Both the position numbers and the translations under genes were made by a program. From Pseudomonadota bacterium (GTDB lineage Bacteria > Pseudomonadota > Alphaproteobacteria > SP197), in the NCBI GenBank assembly GCA_039028155.1, contig JBCCIS010000006.1, positions 10,225-74,224 on the forward strand: DNA of 64,000 nt. Direction: 5' to 3'. The notes under the pieces were generated by a model that was not told where the DNA came from, did no database searches, and saw only the letters and a program-made list of their open reading frames with translations. This document shows, piece by piece, positions 53,952 through 63,383 of this stretch (position 1 is its first letter; each line of letters opens with the position of its first letter).

Positions 53952-55214
53952 ATGTCGATCGAACCTGCGCTGTCGCTGGAAGACTTGGTCGCCCGTCAGA
54001 CACCGGGCATGTCGCTGGAACAGCCGTTCTATACGGATCCATCAATATTCGAGCGCGATCTCGAATACATCGTCGCCAAGCAGTGGCTCTTTGTCGACCA
54101 TGTGTCGGCCATTCCGAACCCGGGCGATGTCATCACCTACGAGATTGCCGGTGAATCCATCATCCTGGTGCGCGGCAAGGACGACGAGGTCCGTGCCTTC
54201 TTCAACGTCTGCCGTCATCGCGGCAGCCGAATTTGCCTCAAAGAGAAGGACAATGTCCGCACGCTGATCTGCCCCTATCACGCCTGGGTCTACGACCTGG
54301 AAGGTCAGCTGATCCGCGCGGCATTGATGCCGGAAGACTTCAAGCCGGAAGACTGGCCCTGGTTCGCCTGCCAGGTTCGTGTCTGGCAGGGCTTGATGTT
54401 CATCAACCTGGCCAAGGAAGACGATCCCGACGTCATCGACTTCGACGAGATCAAAGGGTCATTCGCGCCCTTTATCGAGCCCTACCGGCTCGACTCATCG
54501 AAGATCATTGCCATCAAGGACTATCCGACAGACGGTAATTGGAAGCTCGCCGTCGAGAACTTCCGCGAGTGTTATCACTGCGCGCCGGCCCATCCTGAGT
54601 ACACGATGGTCAACGCCTATGTGAACGACGGCAACCGCGACCGGCCGGCGCGCGACAAAGTGGTCGACGCATGGGCCGACGAATGGGAAGCCAAGGGCCA
54701 TGTCACCCGCGGCTTGCGACCCTGGGGCGAAGGCCAGAACGACAAGCAGCCGATCGGTGCGTTCCGCCAGCCGATCCGCGACGGTTCGGTGACGCTGTCG
54801 GAGGACGGCCAGCCCGTGGCGCCCCTGATGGGTGACCTCAAGCAATGGGACGGCGGCGAGACCCTGCTGATATTCGGTCCGCTGTTTTACGTCTACCTCG
54901 CCAACGACCACGCCACCTTGTTCCGCTTCACGCCGGTGAATGCGACCCACACGGAGGTCATCGTGACCTGGTTGGTGCGCGGCGATGCAGAGGAAGGCCG
55001 CGACTATGACGTTGATAAGGTCGTTTGGATGTGGGACGTGACGACGGTCGAGGACACCAAGATCATCGGTGACAACCAGCTCGGTGTGAACTCCCGGCGC
55101 TATGCGCCAGGCGTCTATTCCGCGCGCGAGCGCGGCACGATCGGTTTTGTCGCTTGGTATCTGGGCCGCATGGGCGGCGAGCCCGTCGCCGATGACGCGG
55201 CAACCTGCGTCTAG
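53952..55214 (+). CDS. Rieske [2Fe-2S] oxygenase alpha subunit (GbcA-like), paralogue of 50220..51446
   Basis: CRHRGSRIC...CPYHAWVY, then FRECYHCAPAHPEY. GGAGG lies 6 nt upstream of the ATG. Confidence 0.85.
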   Translation: MSIEPALSLEDLVARQTPGMSLEQPFYTDPSIFERDLEYIVAKQWLFVDHVSAIPNPGDVITYEIAGESIILVRGKDDEVRAFFNVCRHRGSRICLKEKDNVRTLICPYHAWVYDLEGQLIRAALMPEDFKPEDWPWFACQVRVWQGLMFINLAKEDDPDVIDFDEIKGSFAPFIEPYRLDSSKIIAIKDYPTDGNWKLAVENFRECYHCAPAHPEYTMVNAYVNDGNRDRPARDKVVDAWADEWEAKGHVTRGLRPWGEGQNDKQPIGAFRQPIRDGSVTLSEDGQPVAPLMGDLKQWDGGETLLIFGPLFYVYLANDHATLFRFTPVNATHTEVIVTWLVRGDAEEGRDYDVDKVVWMWDVTTVEDTKIIGDNQLGVNSRRYAPGVYSARERGTIGFVAWYLGRMGGEPVADDAATCV

Positions 55215-55216
55215 TC

Positions 55217-56398
55217 ATGGCTAAATCGCTTGACGATCTCCTGGATGATCTCGGCGCCTACCTGACGACGCCGGACAATGCCTGCTGGTCGCTGCCGCGC
55301 GAGGCCTATCTTGATGCCGACCTTCACGCGTTGGAAGTCCGCGAAATCTTCGAGAAGTCGTGGCTGTGCGTGGGTCGGGACGAATATGTGGCGGAGACCG
55401 GCGACTACTACACCATCGACGTCATGGGCGAGCCGGTCATCATCGTGCGCGGCACCGACGGAAAGGTGCGGGCGCTGAACAGTGTGTGCCGTCACCGCTA
55501 CATGCCGGTGGTGCAGGACCAGGGCAATACCAAGCGCTTCGTCTGTCCCTATCACGCCTGGGTCTACGGCACCGACGGCCGGCTGGTTGCCGCACCGCAC
55601 ATGGAAGGCTCGACCGCGTTCGACAAGAAGGCGTGCAGCCTGCCGGAATACCGGCTCGAAAACTGGATGGGTTTCCTGTTCGTCAACCTGGACGATGATG
55701 CCGAACCGCTGCAGCCGGTGATGGCGTCGATGGAGGAGGCCTCGGTCAACTACCGCATCGGTGACCAGACGGAGATCTTCCACTACGAGACCACGTGGAA
55801 CGGCAACTGGAAGCTCAGTGCCGAGAACTCCATGGAGTACTACCATCACATCGGTCTGCATGCCGACACAGTGGGCGAGCAAATGCCGGCCAAAGGCACC
55901 TACATTCCCGAGGCGCCGGCGACTGACACGACCTTCACCCACGAACGCTGCCGCATGGGCGACGAGTTCCTGAGTGGCAAGGCGCACGCCATGAACCCGG
56001 TCGGCGACCTTTCCGGCATGACCCAGGAGGAACTGGAGACCGGTTACATGGTCTATGTCTTCCCGGCGTTCACCATGGCGATGCGTCCGGGCACCAACAA
56101 CTGGCTGTCGTTCCGTCCGGACGGCGTCGAGAAGACCAAGGTGCTGGGCGGTTATCTCGTCTGGAACGAGATCCTCGCCGACAACCCGAAGATTGCCGAC
56201 CAGCGCCGCGACCTCATCGCCAAGGTCAACGAGGAAGACGCGCTGGCAACGACGGAGCTTGCCAAGGTCATGCGTTCGCGTAAGGCAGCACGCGGCCCGC
56301 TCTCCCACTTCGAGGGCACGGTCGCGCAGTTCTCGAAGTACCTGGCGCGCACGCTCGCCGCCGACCGCAAACCCTCGCGGGCGACTGCGGCGGAATAG
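55217..56398 (+). CDS. Rieske [2Fe-2S] oxygenase alpha subunit (distinct subtype)
   Basis: CRHRYMPVV...CPYHAWVY, with the mononuclear-iron region NSMEYYHHIGLH. It begins 3 nt after the preceding gene. Confidence 0.85.
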   Translation: MAKSLDDLLDDLGAYLTTPDNACWSLPREAYLDADLHALEVREIFEKSWLCVGRDEYVAETGDYYTIDVMGEPVIIVRGTDGKVRALNSVCRHRYMPVVQDQGNTKRFVCPYHAWVYGTDGRLVAAPHMEGSTAFDKKACSLPEYRLENWMGFLFVNLDDDAEPLQPVMASMEEASVNYRIGDQTEIFHYETTWNGNWKLSAENSMEYYHHIGLHADTVGEQMPAKGTYIPEAPATDTTFTHERCRMGDEFLSGKAHAMNPVGDLSGMTQEELETGYMVYVFPAFTMAMRPGTNNWLSFRPDGVEKTKVLGGYLVWNEILADNPKIADQRRDLIAKVNEEDALATTELAKVMRSRKAARGPLSHFEGTVAQFSKYLARTLAADRKPSRATAAE

Positions 56399-56404
56399 AA
56401 GCCT

Positions 56405-57844
56405 CTACCAGGCCGGATCGATCGGCGTCGCCACGCCGCAGGCGTCTTCCACCGCCTGGGCCGCATCGAGCGCCAGGTCTTCGCGGAAACGCTGGGCGAT
56501 AATCTGAACACCCATGGGCACGCCGTCGACCGGCCCGGTCGGCACGGCGACCGAGGGCAGGCCGGTCAGGTTCATGCCATAAGTCAGACGGTTGGCGCGC
56601 CAGATCTCGGCTGTGCGCGCGGCCGACGTCTCGTCATCGCCGATCTTGAACGGCGGTTCGCATGAGACCGGACCGACAAACAGATCGTGATCATCCAGGA
56701 ACATCGTCCAGTCGCGCACCACGCTTGTGCGTCCGGCAAGCGCACGCAGGTAACCCTCCAAGCTTTGATCCGGCGCGTCGTTGCCGAAGTACAGGGGCTG
56801 GCTTTCGAGGTAGAGGTCGTAGACCAGGTTGATTTTGTCGCTGCCGTAGTTACGGATCGCTGGCTCCATCAAGATGCCGGACTCCGTCATCAGAAGCTGC
56901 ATCCAAAGGCGGGCCGCGATCATGATGTCCGGCCCGTCGATCTCCTTGACGTCGTAGCCTGCGTTGGCGAGCGCATCGCCCGCCTTGCGCACGGCGTCGG
57001 CAACATTCTTGTCGACGCCAACGCCGCCGGGGTCGGGATAGATCGCGGCGCGCCGCGGCGAATGGGGTTCTGCGTCGTCGAGCGGGGCCGGCGTCCACCA
57101 GGGATCGCGCGGATCGCGCGCCGCCATGGCGGCCAGCGCCAGGCGTGTGTCGGCGACGTTGCGGCAATGCGGTCCCTGGACGCTCATGAGCTGGATGGTC
57201 GGCGGCCGTTCCTCGACCTGGGTCGGGTTATAGGCGGGCACGCGGCCCATGGAGGGGCGGATGCCGACAATGCCGCAAGCGTAGGCCGGATAGCGCACGG
57301 AGCCGCCGAGATCATTGCCGTGACCGATCGATCCCATGCCCGACGCGACGGCCGCGCTGGCGCCGCCGGACGAACCGCCGGGCGTCAAGTCCTTGGCCCA
57401 GGGATTGTGGGTCAGGCCGCGCAGGGTGTTGTCGGTGAAATAGCGCAGCGAGAACTCTGGCGTGTTGGTGCGGCCCATGGGGATGGCGCCGGCTTTGCGC
57501 AGATTGGCCACGACCGGCGAGTCATCGTCGGCCACCATCTCGACAAAGGCCTCGACGCCGTTGGTTGTGGCGTAGCCCTTCTGGTCGACGTTCTCCTTGA
57601 TCGTGACGGGCACACCGTGCAGCGGGCCGAGCGGCTCGCCAGCGGCGACCGCTGCATCGGCGGCGTGGGCACCGGCGCGGGCCTCCGCATCCATCCTGAC
57701 CGTGATGGCGTTGAGCTTGCCGTTCACCTGATCGACCCGGGCGAGGTGGCTCTCCATGACCTCTTCGGCCGACACTTCCTTCGCGGCAATTGCCGTCGCC
57801 AGTTCGCTCGCCGTCTTGCGCCACCACTCGGTCATAACCGTCAT
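56405..57844 (-). CDS. amidase (amidase-signature family)
   Basis: GGSSGGASAAVASG...GNDLGGSVRYPA. Confidence 0.85.
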   Translation of the reverse strand: MTVMTEWWRKTASELATAIAAKEVSAEEVMESHLARVDQVNGKLNAITVRMDAEARAGAHAADAAVAAGEPLGPLHGVPVTIKENVDQKGYATTNGVEAFVEMVADDDSPVVANLRKAGAIPMGRTNTPEFSLRYFTDNTLRGLTHNPWAKDLTPGGSSGGASAAVASGMGSIGHGNDLGGSVRYPAYACGIVGIRPSMGRVPAYNPTQVEERPPTIQLMSVQGPHCRNVADTRLALAAMAARDPRDPWWTPAPLDDAEPHSPRRAAIYPDPGGVGVDKNVADAVRKAGDALANAGYDVKEIDGPDIMIAARLWMQLLMTESGILMEPAIRNYGSDKINLVYDLYLESQPLYFGNDAPDQSLEGYLRALAGRTSVVRDWTMFLDDHDLFVGPVSCEPPFKIGDDETSAARTAEIWRANRLTYGMNLTGLPSVAVPTGPVDGVPMGVQIIAQRFREDLALDAAQAVEDACGVATPIDPAW

Positions 57845-57989
57845 CCCCGTCGCTGTTGTGGGCCAAGACCACAGGTGATGCCGGCGCGCCTGTCAAGGCA
57901 ACGGCGTCGGAGCCCTGATTCCCCTTGCTGACCTTCTCAGGCCGTGGTCGGTTTGGACATTCTGTCATTATAACGAACAAGAGGTCGCC

Positions 57990-59225
57990 ATGGTCCAGCC
58001 CCGCGTCTCCGGCAGTTTCGACCGCACCTCGGCCGAACCGGTCGAGCTTGCTTTCCCGCGCAGCGAATACGAGGCGCGCTGGACAAAGGCAAAGGCGATG
58101 ATGGCGGCGGACGGGATCGACATCCTCTATGCGACCTCGCCGGCGCACATGTGTTGGCTGCACGGCTATTTCGCGGCGTGGTACCGCACCCACGCGCCGT
58201 CGAACTGGGGTGCTTGCCTGGGCACGGCGCTGGCGCGCGCGTGGGATGAGCCCATCCACTTCGATGCCATCGGCGAGGACCCATTGCTCTACAAGACCTC
58301 CGTCGTCCAGGACATGCGCTTTTTCGACGACCGCAGTCCGGAGGGCCAGCCGCCGTTCATCGTGCGCGAGCTTCAGGCAAGCGGCCTGATCAAGCCGGGC
58401 ACGCGGGTCGGGCTGGAGATGCGCAGCTACCAGCCCAATCGGCTGGTCAGCGAATCGATCGAGGCGGCGTTCCGCGACGCTGGCTGTGAGGTCGTCGACG
58501 CCAGCATGATCCTGCGCCACGCGCGCCGCGTGAAATCGCCAGCGGAAGTCGCCCACGTCGAAAAGGCGATGGACATCTGCGCGCTAGGCCACGAGGCGGC
58601 ATGGCGCACCATCAAGCCGGGCGTTACGGAACTGGATGTCGAGGCCGAAATGGCGCACGCCATGCACCACGCTGGCGGCGAACTCTCGGCGATTCCGATC
58701 ATGATCCAATCCGGCAACACAATCGGCGGCCACCAGATGCCGCGCCGCCGGGTCATGCAGGCAAACGAGCACGTCAAGATCGATGCCTGCGGCGTCTATT
58801 TCCGCTATCACGGCAATCTTCTGCGCGGCTACTGGGTGGGTGAGCCGCCGGCCGATGTACGCGACTGGTACAAGAAGTCGGCGGGTTCGTGGGACGTGTT
58901 TTCGAAGGAGGCGCGCGCCGGGCGCCCGGTGCGCGAGGTCAATGCGGAGCTGCGCCGCTACTATAAGGATGTCGGCATGGCCGGCACGCCCGGCTGGTGC
59001 ATCGGCTACGAGCTTGGCATCGCCCTGCCGCCGGACTGGGTTGACGAGTTCAACTTCTCCTATGACGAGGACCCACCTGACGACGTTGTGTGGGAGGAAG
59101 GTTTCGTCGGCAATTTCGAGACGCTCTGGAACACCGGCCTGATCGACACCTTCGTCATCGAACAGACCGGCGCGCGCAATCTGGGCGGCAAGGTTCCGTT
59201 CGATATCCTGCCATGCGCGAACTGA
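57990..59225 (+). CDS. M24-family hydrolase, paralogue C
   Basis: FPRSEYEARWTKAKAMMAADGIDILYATSPAHMCWLHGY. Collinear with paralogue B. Confidence 0.78.
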   Translation: MVQPRVSGSFDRTSAEPVELAFPRSEYEARWTKAKAMMAADGIDILYATSPAHMCWLHGYFAAWYRTHAPSNWGACLGTALARAWDEPIHFDAIGEDPLLYKTSVVQDMRFFDDRSPEGQPPFIVRELQASGLIKPGTRVGLEMRSYQPNRLVSESIEAAFRDAGCEVVDASMILRHARRVKSPAEVAHVEKAMDICALGHEAAWRTIKPGVTELDVEAEMAHAMHHAGGELSAIPIMIQSGNTIGGHQMPRRRVMQANEHVKIDACGVYFRYHGNLLRGYWVGEPPADVRDWYKKSAGSWDVFSKEARAGRPVREVNAELRRYYKDVGMAGTPGWCIGYELGIALPPDWVDEFNFSYDEDPPDDVVWEEGFVGNFETLWNTGLIDTFVIEQTGARNLGGKVPFDILPCAN

Positions 59226-59330
59226 CGATATGGCAAACGCCGCGCGGCCGACTACGTGGTTCGCTTGTTGTCGGGCGAACCCAGCCGTGATTTCATGCGC
59301 GCGGCCTTGTGGCCGCATGTCACTTTTCCC

Positions 59331-59744
59331 ATGCAGAGGAGGCGTTGGGTGCCGCTATCGTTAGGGGACGTTCGAGAGATGGCCACGGCCTATGCGGCCG
59401 CATGGTCATCGCACAAGCCGGAGTCCGTTGCCGCGTTCTATGAAGAGGACGGACGGATCACAATCAACAAAGGCGATCCGGTCATCGGACGCGCGGCATT
59501 CGCCGAAACCGCCGCCGGTTTCTATCAGGACTTTCCCGATCTCATCGTCCGCATGGACGAGGTGCGTTTGTCGGGCAACCACGCGTTGTTTGCCTGGACA
59601 TTGGAGGGCCATCACAGCCAGACCGCCAACCACGTGAAGGTCAGCGGATGGGAAGAGTGGACGTTGAGCGATGCACCGCGCGTCATCGAATCGTTCGGTT
59701 GGTTCGATGCCGAGGACTATCAACGGCAGATCGACGGCGCCTAG
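59331..59744 (+). CDS. SnoaL/NTF2-like fold protein (start uncertain, alternative 59379)
   Basis: AYAAAWSSHKPESVAAFYEEDGRITIN...FPDLIVRMDEV is a SnoaL-type pattern. Confidence 0.6.
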   Translation: MQRRRWVPLSLGDVREMATAYAAAWSSHKPESVAAFYEEDGRITINKGDPVIGRAAFAETAAGFYQDFPDLIVRMDEVRLSGNHALFAWTLEGHHSQTANHVKVSGWEEWTLSDAPRVIESFGWFDAEDYQRQIDGA

Positions 59745-59808
59745 GTTCGGTTCACATACCCCGGCCAATGCCCAAAACACAAACGTCCGTTCGAATTGGA
59801 GAGGTTCG

Positions 59809-60516
59809 ATGACCAAACGCCTGAATGCCAAGGAACTTGCCGCGCTCACCGAGATCGATACGCCGACCATCTGCAACACGCTGGACATCCTGGCGCCGGA
59901 CTATCAGTCGAAGGGTTTCATCGTCGAACCGTTCTTCTGTCTGCGGCCCGAGATGAAACCGATTGTCGGTTATGCCAAGACGGCGACATGCCGGGCGATA
60001 GAGCCGTCATCGCAGACACCGAGGCAGGCGGTCGACAAGCGCCACGGCTATTGGGCCTATCTGGACAAGGCGCCGAAACCGGCGATCAGCGTGGTGCAGG
60101 ATCTGGACGGTGCGCAAGCCGGCTTCGGCGCGTTCTGGGGTGAGGTCAATTCCACGATCCACCAGGCGTTCGGCTGTCTGGGCACGGTGACCAACGGCAG
60201 CATCCGCGACCTCGACGCTTTCGCTGACGGCTTCCAAGCGATCGCCGGTCTGGTCGGCCCGTCCCATGCCCACGTACACCTGGTCGACTATGCGGTCGAT
60301 GTGAACGTCCTGGGCATGGTGGTGCGCGACGGTGATCTCGTGCACGCCGATTGCCACGGCGCAGTCGTCATCCCCGACAACGTTGCCCGCGATGTCGTCA
60401 AGACCGCCGACCTGCAGGCACGGCGCGAGGCGGTCATCCTCGACGCGTGCCGCAAGCCAGGCTTCACGCTGGACAGACTGAAGAAGGCCTACAAAGACGC
60501 CGCCAAAGTCACCTAG
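59809..60516 (+). CDS. RraA-family protein (RraA / HMG-CHA aldolase-like)
   Basis: GGAGAGG lies upstream of the ATG. FWGEVNSTIHQAFGCLGTVTNGSIRD...VRDGDLVHADCHGAVVIP is RraA-like. Confidence 0.72.
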   Translation: MTKRLNAKELAALTEIDTPTICNTLDILAPDYQSKGFIVEPFFCLRPEMKPIVGYAKTATCRAIEPSSQTPRQAVDKRHGYWAYLDKAPKPAISVVQDLDGAQAGFGAFWGEVNSTIHQAFGCLGTVTNGSIRDLDAFADGFQAIAGLVGPSHAHVHLVDYAVDVNVLGMVVRDGDLVHADCHGAVVIPDNVARDVVKTADLQARREAVILDACRKPGFTLDRLKKAYKDAAKVT

Positions 60517-60598
60517 AGAGACGTATTGGTCTGGCTCCTGCGCCGGCCCGTTCCCCCTCCCGACCACCTCGAGGACACTGCCAAGGGTGGCGTCAGCG

Positions 60599-60618
60599 AA
60601 AACGCCGCTCGGCGTTTT
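60599..60618. terminator. bidirectional intrinsic terminator
   Basis: AAAACGCC-GCTC-GGCGTTTT, nested inside a longer inverted repeat (60541..60647: CGCCGGCCCG...CGGGCCGGCG), between convergent genes. Confidence 0.6.
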
Positions 60619-60670
60619 GTCTGGGAGGGAGGGAGAGCGGGCCGGCGATGCCGACTAAACTGCGAACGTC

Positions 60671-61639
60671 TCAGGCGGCGCCGCTCTTGGCGCCCACAAC
60701 GTCGTTGTCGAACTTTGCGACGAAGGCCGCCAGATCCTTGCCGGCATGGCGTGGCGCCATGTCGTCGGGCGTCCCGGTCACCGGCAGGCCGGGCAGAGGC
60801 TCGACGACGGTGTTGAAATCCGGCACCGCGAAGAAACCGATGGAGTAGCGTTCCCTATCGCGCGGCGGGTGCACCCGGTGATAGGTCGACTTCAGCCTGC
60901 CGCCGGACCAGCACTCCATCATGTTCCCGATATTGACGACAAAGCAGCCGGGTTTGGGCGGCGCTTCGATCCAGCCGCCGTCAGGCGACGCGACCTCCAG
61001 CCCGCCGACCTTGCCCGGCAGCAGAATGGTGATGGCGTTGGTGTCGCGGTGCGCGTTCATGTCGTCGGCTTCCAGATGCTCGGTGCCAGGGCGCGACGGG
61101 TAGTAGAGGCATGAGATGTTGGTCAGTGGCGTCTTGAACTTGTCGATCAGGATCGTCTCGTCCTGATCGAGCGTCAGCGCGAAGGCCTTCAGGAGTCGGT
61201 CCGAGAGGTCCGAGACGGCATGCCAATAGGCGGTCATCGCCTGGCGGAACTCATCGGGTTCGTTGGGCCAGACATTGGGGCCGTAGAGTCCTTTCGTGGC
61301 GTGGACCTCCGGATGATCGGGATCGGGATCGTGGCCGATCAGAAACGCTTCATAAAGCGCCGGTGGCGCCTCGCTGGCGTTCTGGCCGAACGGCATGACG
61401 GGAACATAGCCGCGGTAGCGGCCCTCGCGACGGGTCAAAAGGCGCTTTTCGCTCTCGGGCCTCGCGAAATAGGCGCGCATGGCCTCAAGTGCGCCATCCA
61501 TAACCGACTGGGGAATGCCGTGATCGGCGATATAGGCGAAACCCGCCTCGCCATAGGCCTCGCCCAGGGCGCGCGCGACGCGGCGGCGCTCGTTGATGTC
61601 GGAGGAAGAAAGATTGGAAATGTCGATAACCGGCAACAT
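60671..61639 (-). CDS. 2-oxoglutarate/Fe(II)-dependent oxygenase (isopenicillin-N-synthase-like family)
   Basis: MLPVIDISNL...GFAYIADHGIP, then AHRDTNAITILL and a later STYHRV (H-x-D...H facial-triad pattern). Confidence 0.82.
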   Translation of the reverse strand: MLPVIDISNLSSSDINERRRVARALGEAYGEAGFAYIADHGIPQSVMDGALEAMRAYFARPESEKRLLTRREGRYRGYVPVMPFGQNASEAPPALYEAFLIGHDPDPDHPEVHATKGLYGPNVWPNEPDEFRQAMTAYWHAVSDLSDRLLKAFALTLDQDETILIDKFKTPLTNISCLYYPSRPGTEHLEADDMNAHRDTNAITILLPGKVGGLEVASPDGGWIEAPPKPGCFVVNIGNMMECWSGGRLKSTYHRVHPPRDRERYSIGFFAVPDFNTVVEPLPGLPVTGTPDDMAPRHAGKDLAAFVAKFDNDVVGAKSGAA

Positions 61640-61789
61640 GGCACCGAACTCCTTCGTTTGCGTTCCGCGCGACCGGGGATGCGGTCCCGCGGCGGCCCTT
61701 CACAAACGACCAAGTGCCAGTTGGTAGGTTCTTCTATAAGCAGCTTGAGGCTGTGGATCAAGCTCTGGGCACCAGATCGGCCGGGCTGG

Positions 61790-61853
61790 TAGAGCAGATC
61801 CTGATTCGGTGGAATCGCTTCGCGATTCCGACGAGACAGGTGAATCTGCTCTA
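61790..61853. repeat. nested palindromic element 1 (REP/MITE-like)
   Basis: Outer arms TAGAGCAGAT (61790-61799) and ATCTGCTCTA (61844-61853). Inner hairpin GGAATCGC-TTC-GCGATTCC (61811-61829). Confidence 0.55.
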
Positions 61854-61865
61854 TTCATAGATGGC

Positions 61866-61925
61866 GAGCGGATTCACACGGTTAGGTGGAACCGTAAGAC
61901 GGTTCCACCTAACCATGATCCGCTC
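61866..61925. repeat. nested palindromic element 2 (REP/MITE-like)
   Basis: Outer arms GAGCGGAT and ATCCGCTC. Inner 14-bp perfect stem GTTAGGTGGAACCG-TAAGA-CGGTTCCACCTAAC (61881-61913). Confidence 0.55.
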
Positions 61926-61980
61926 TACGGTGCCGCCGGTGGCTGCCTTTGGGGAGGCGGTCCGGGCCCGGGGGAGAGCC

Positions 61981-63276
61981 ATGCTGAAGAGCTTCTTCAA
62001 ACTTGAAGAGCACGGCACAAACGTGCGCACGGAGGTGCTGGCGGGACTGACGACGTTCCTGACCATGGCCTACATCATCTTCGTTAACCCGGCGATACTG
62101 TCGGACGCCGGCATGGACTTTAACGCGGTCTTTGTCGGCACATGCCTCGCGGCGGCGCTGGGCTGCGCGATCATGGGCCTTTACGCCAACTACCCGATCG
62201 CCCAGGCGCCAGGCATGGGCCTGAACGCCTTTTTCACCTATGGCGTCGTGCTGGGCATGGGGCACACGTGGCAGGTCGCTTTAGGCGCTGTTTTCGTCTC
62301 GGGCGTCATCTTCGTGATCATCTCGGTCCTGCCGGTGCGCGAGTGGATCATCAACTCGATCCCGACGTCATTGAAGATGGCGACGGCCGCCGGCATCGGC
62401 CTCTTCCTGGGCATTATTGCGGTCAAGAACGCCGGCATCGTGGTCGACGACCCCGTAACGTTGGTCGCCATGGGCGATCTGACGCAGACGACAGTGATCC
62501 TGGCGCTCGCCGGCTTCATCGTCATCGCCGCGCTTGATGCGCTGAAGGTGCCGGGCGCCATCATCATCGGCATCCTGGCGGTCACGGCGGTCGGTATCGC
62601 CATGGGCGTCAGCGACTTCCAGGGGGTCGTCGATGTGCCGCCCGATCCCTCGCCAGTCTTCTTTGCGCTCGACATCGCCGGTGCGCTCGATGTCGCGTTG
62701 ATCGCCGTCATCATCGCGTTTCTGTTCACCGACCTCTTCGACACGTCGGGCACGCTGATCGGCGTTGCCTACCGCGCCAATCTTCTGGATGCCGACGGCA
62801 AGCTGCCGCGCCTGAAGCGCGCCCTGATCGCCGATTCGACCGCGACCGTTGCCGGCGCCTTTGTCGGCACGTCGCCGGTCACGAGCTATGTGGAAAGCGC
62901 CGCCGGTGTCAGGGCGGGCGGGCGAACCGGCCTGACGGCTGTGGTCGTCGCCATCCTGTTTTTGCTGGCGCTCTTCCTGTCGCCGCTCGCCGATACCGTG
63001 CCGATCTACGCGACGGCGCCCGCACTTTTGTTCGTCGCCTGCCTGATGACCCAGGCACTGACCCAGATCGACTGGAACGATGTGACGGAGTACGCGCCGG
63101 CCGTGGTCCTGGCGATCGCCATGCCGTTCACCTTCTCGATCGCCGACGGCCTGGCCCTCGGCTTCGTCACGTACGCAGTCCTGAAGCTCGCCTCCGGCCG
63201 CTTCCGCGACGCCAAACCGGCGGTCCTGGTGTTGGCCGCCGTCTTCATCGCCAAGTTCGCGTGGCTGAGCGGGTAG
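61981..63276 (+). CDS. NCS2-family purine (adenine/guanine/hypoxanthine) permease
   Basis: MLKSFFKLEEHGTNVRTEVLAGLTTFLTMAYIIFVNPAILSDAGMD is the AzgA/PbuG-type N-terminus. The start was trimmed to the ATG at 61981. Confidence 0.85.
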   Translation: MLKSFFKLEEHGTNVRTEVLAGLTTFLTMAYIIFVNPAILSDAGMDFNAVFVGTCLAAALGCAIMGLYANYPIAQAPGMGLNAFFTYGVVLGMGHTWQVALGAVFVSGVIFVIISVLPVREWIINSIPTSLKMATAAGIGLFLGIIAVKNAGIVVDDPVTLVAMGDLTQTTVILALAGFIVIAALDALKVPGAIIIGILAVTAVGIAMGVSDFQGVVDVPPDPSPVFFALDIAGALDVALIAVIIAFLFTDLFDTSGTLIGVAYRANLLDADGKLPRLKRALIADSTATVAGAFVGTSPVTSYVESAAGVRAGGRTGLTAVVVAILFLLALFLSPLADTVPIYATAPALLFVACLMTQALTQIDWNDVTEYAPAVVLAIAMPFTFSIADGLALGFVTYAVLKLASGRFRDAKPAVLVLAAVFIAKFAWLSG

Positions 63277-63383
63277 TACTTCGTTCATGAACTGACGTTG
63301 TCAGTTGGCCGCAAATCCGTCGTTTGACCCTGGTCGGCGTTCAAGCCCATCCTCGAACTCGGCAACGATGGGGAGGAACAGCC

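Noticed and set aside
61790-61980. Purine riboswitch upstream of the NCS2 purine permease
   Set aside because: The leader folds into two simple long hairpins. I could not find the three-way junction or the conserved loop-loop and junction nucleotides of the purine riboswitch. Only an Rfam scan would settle this.
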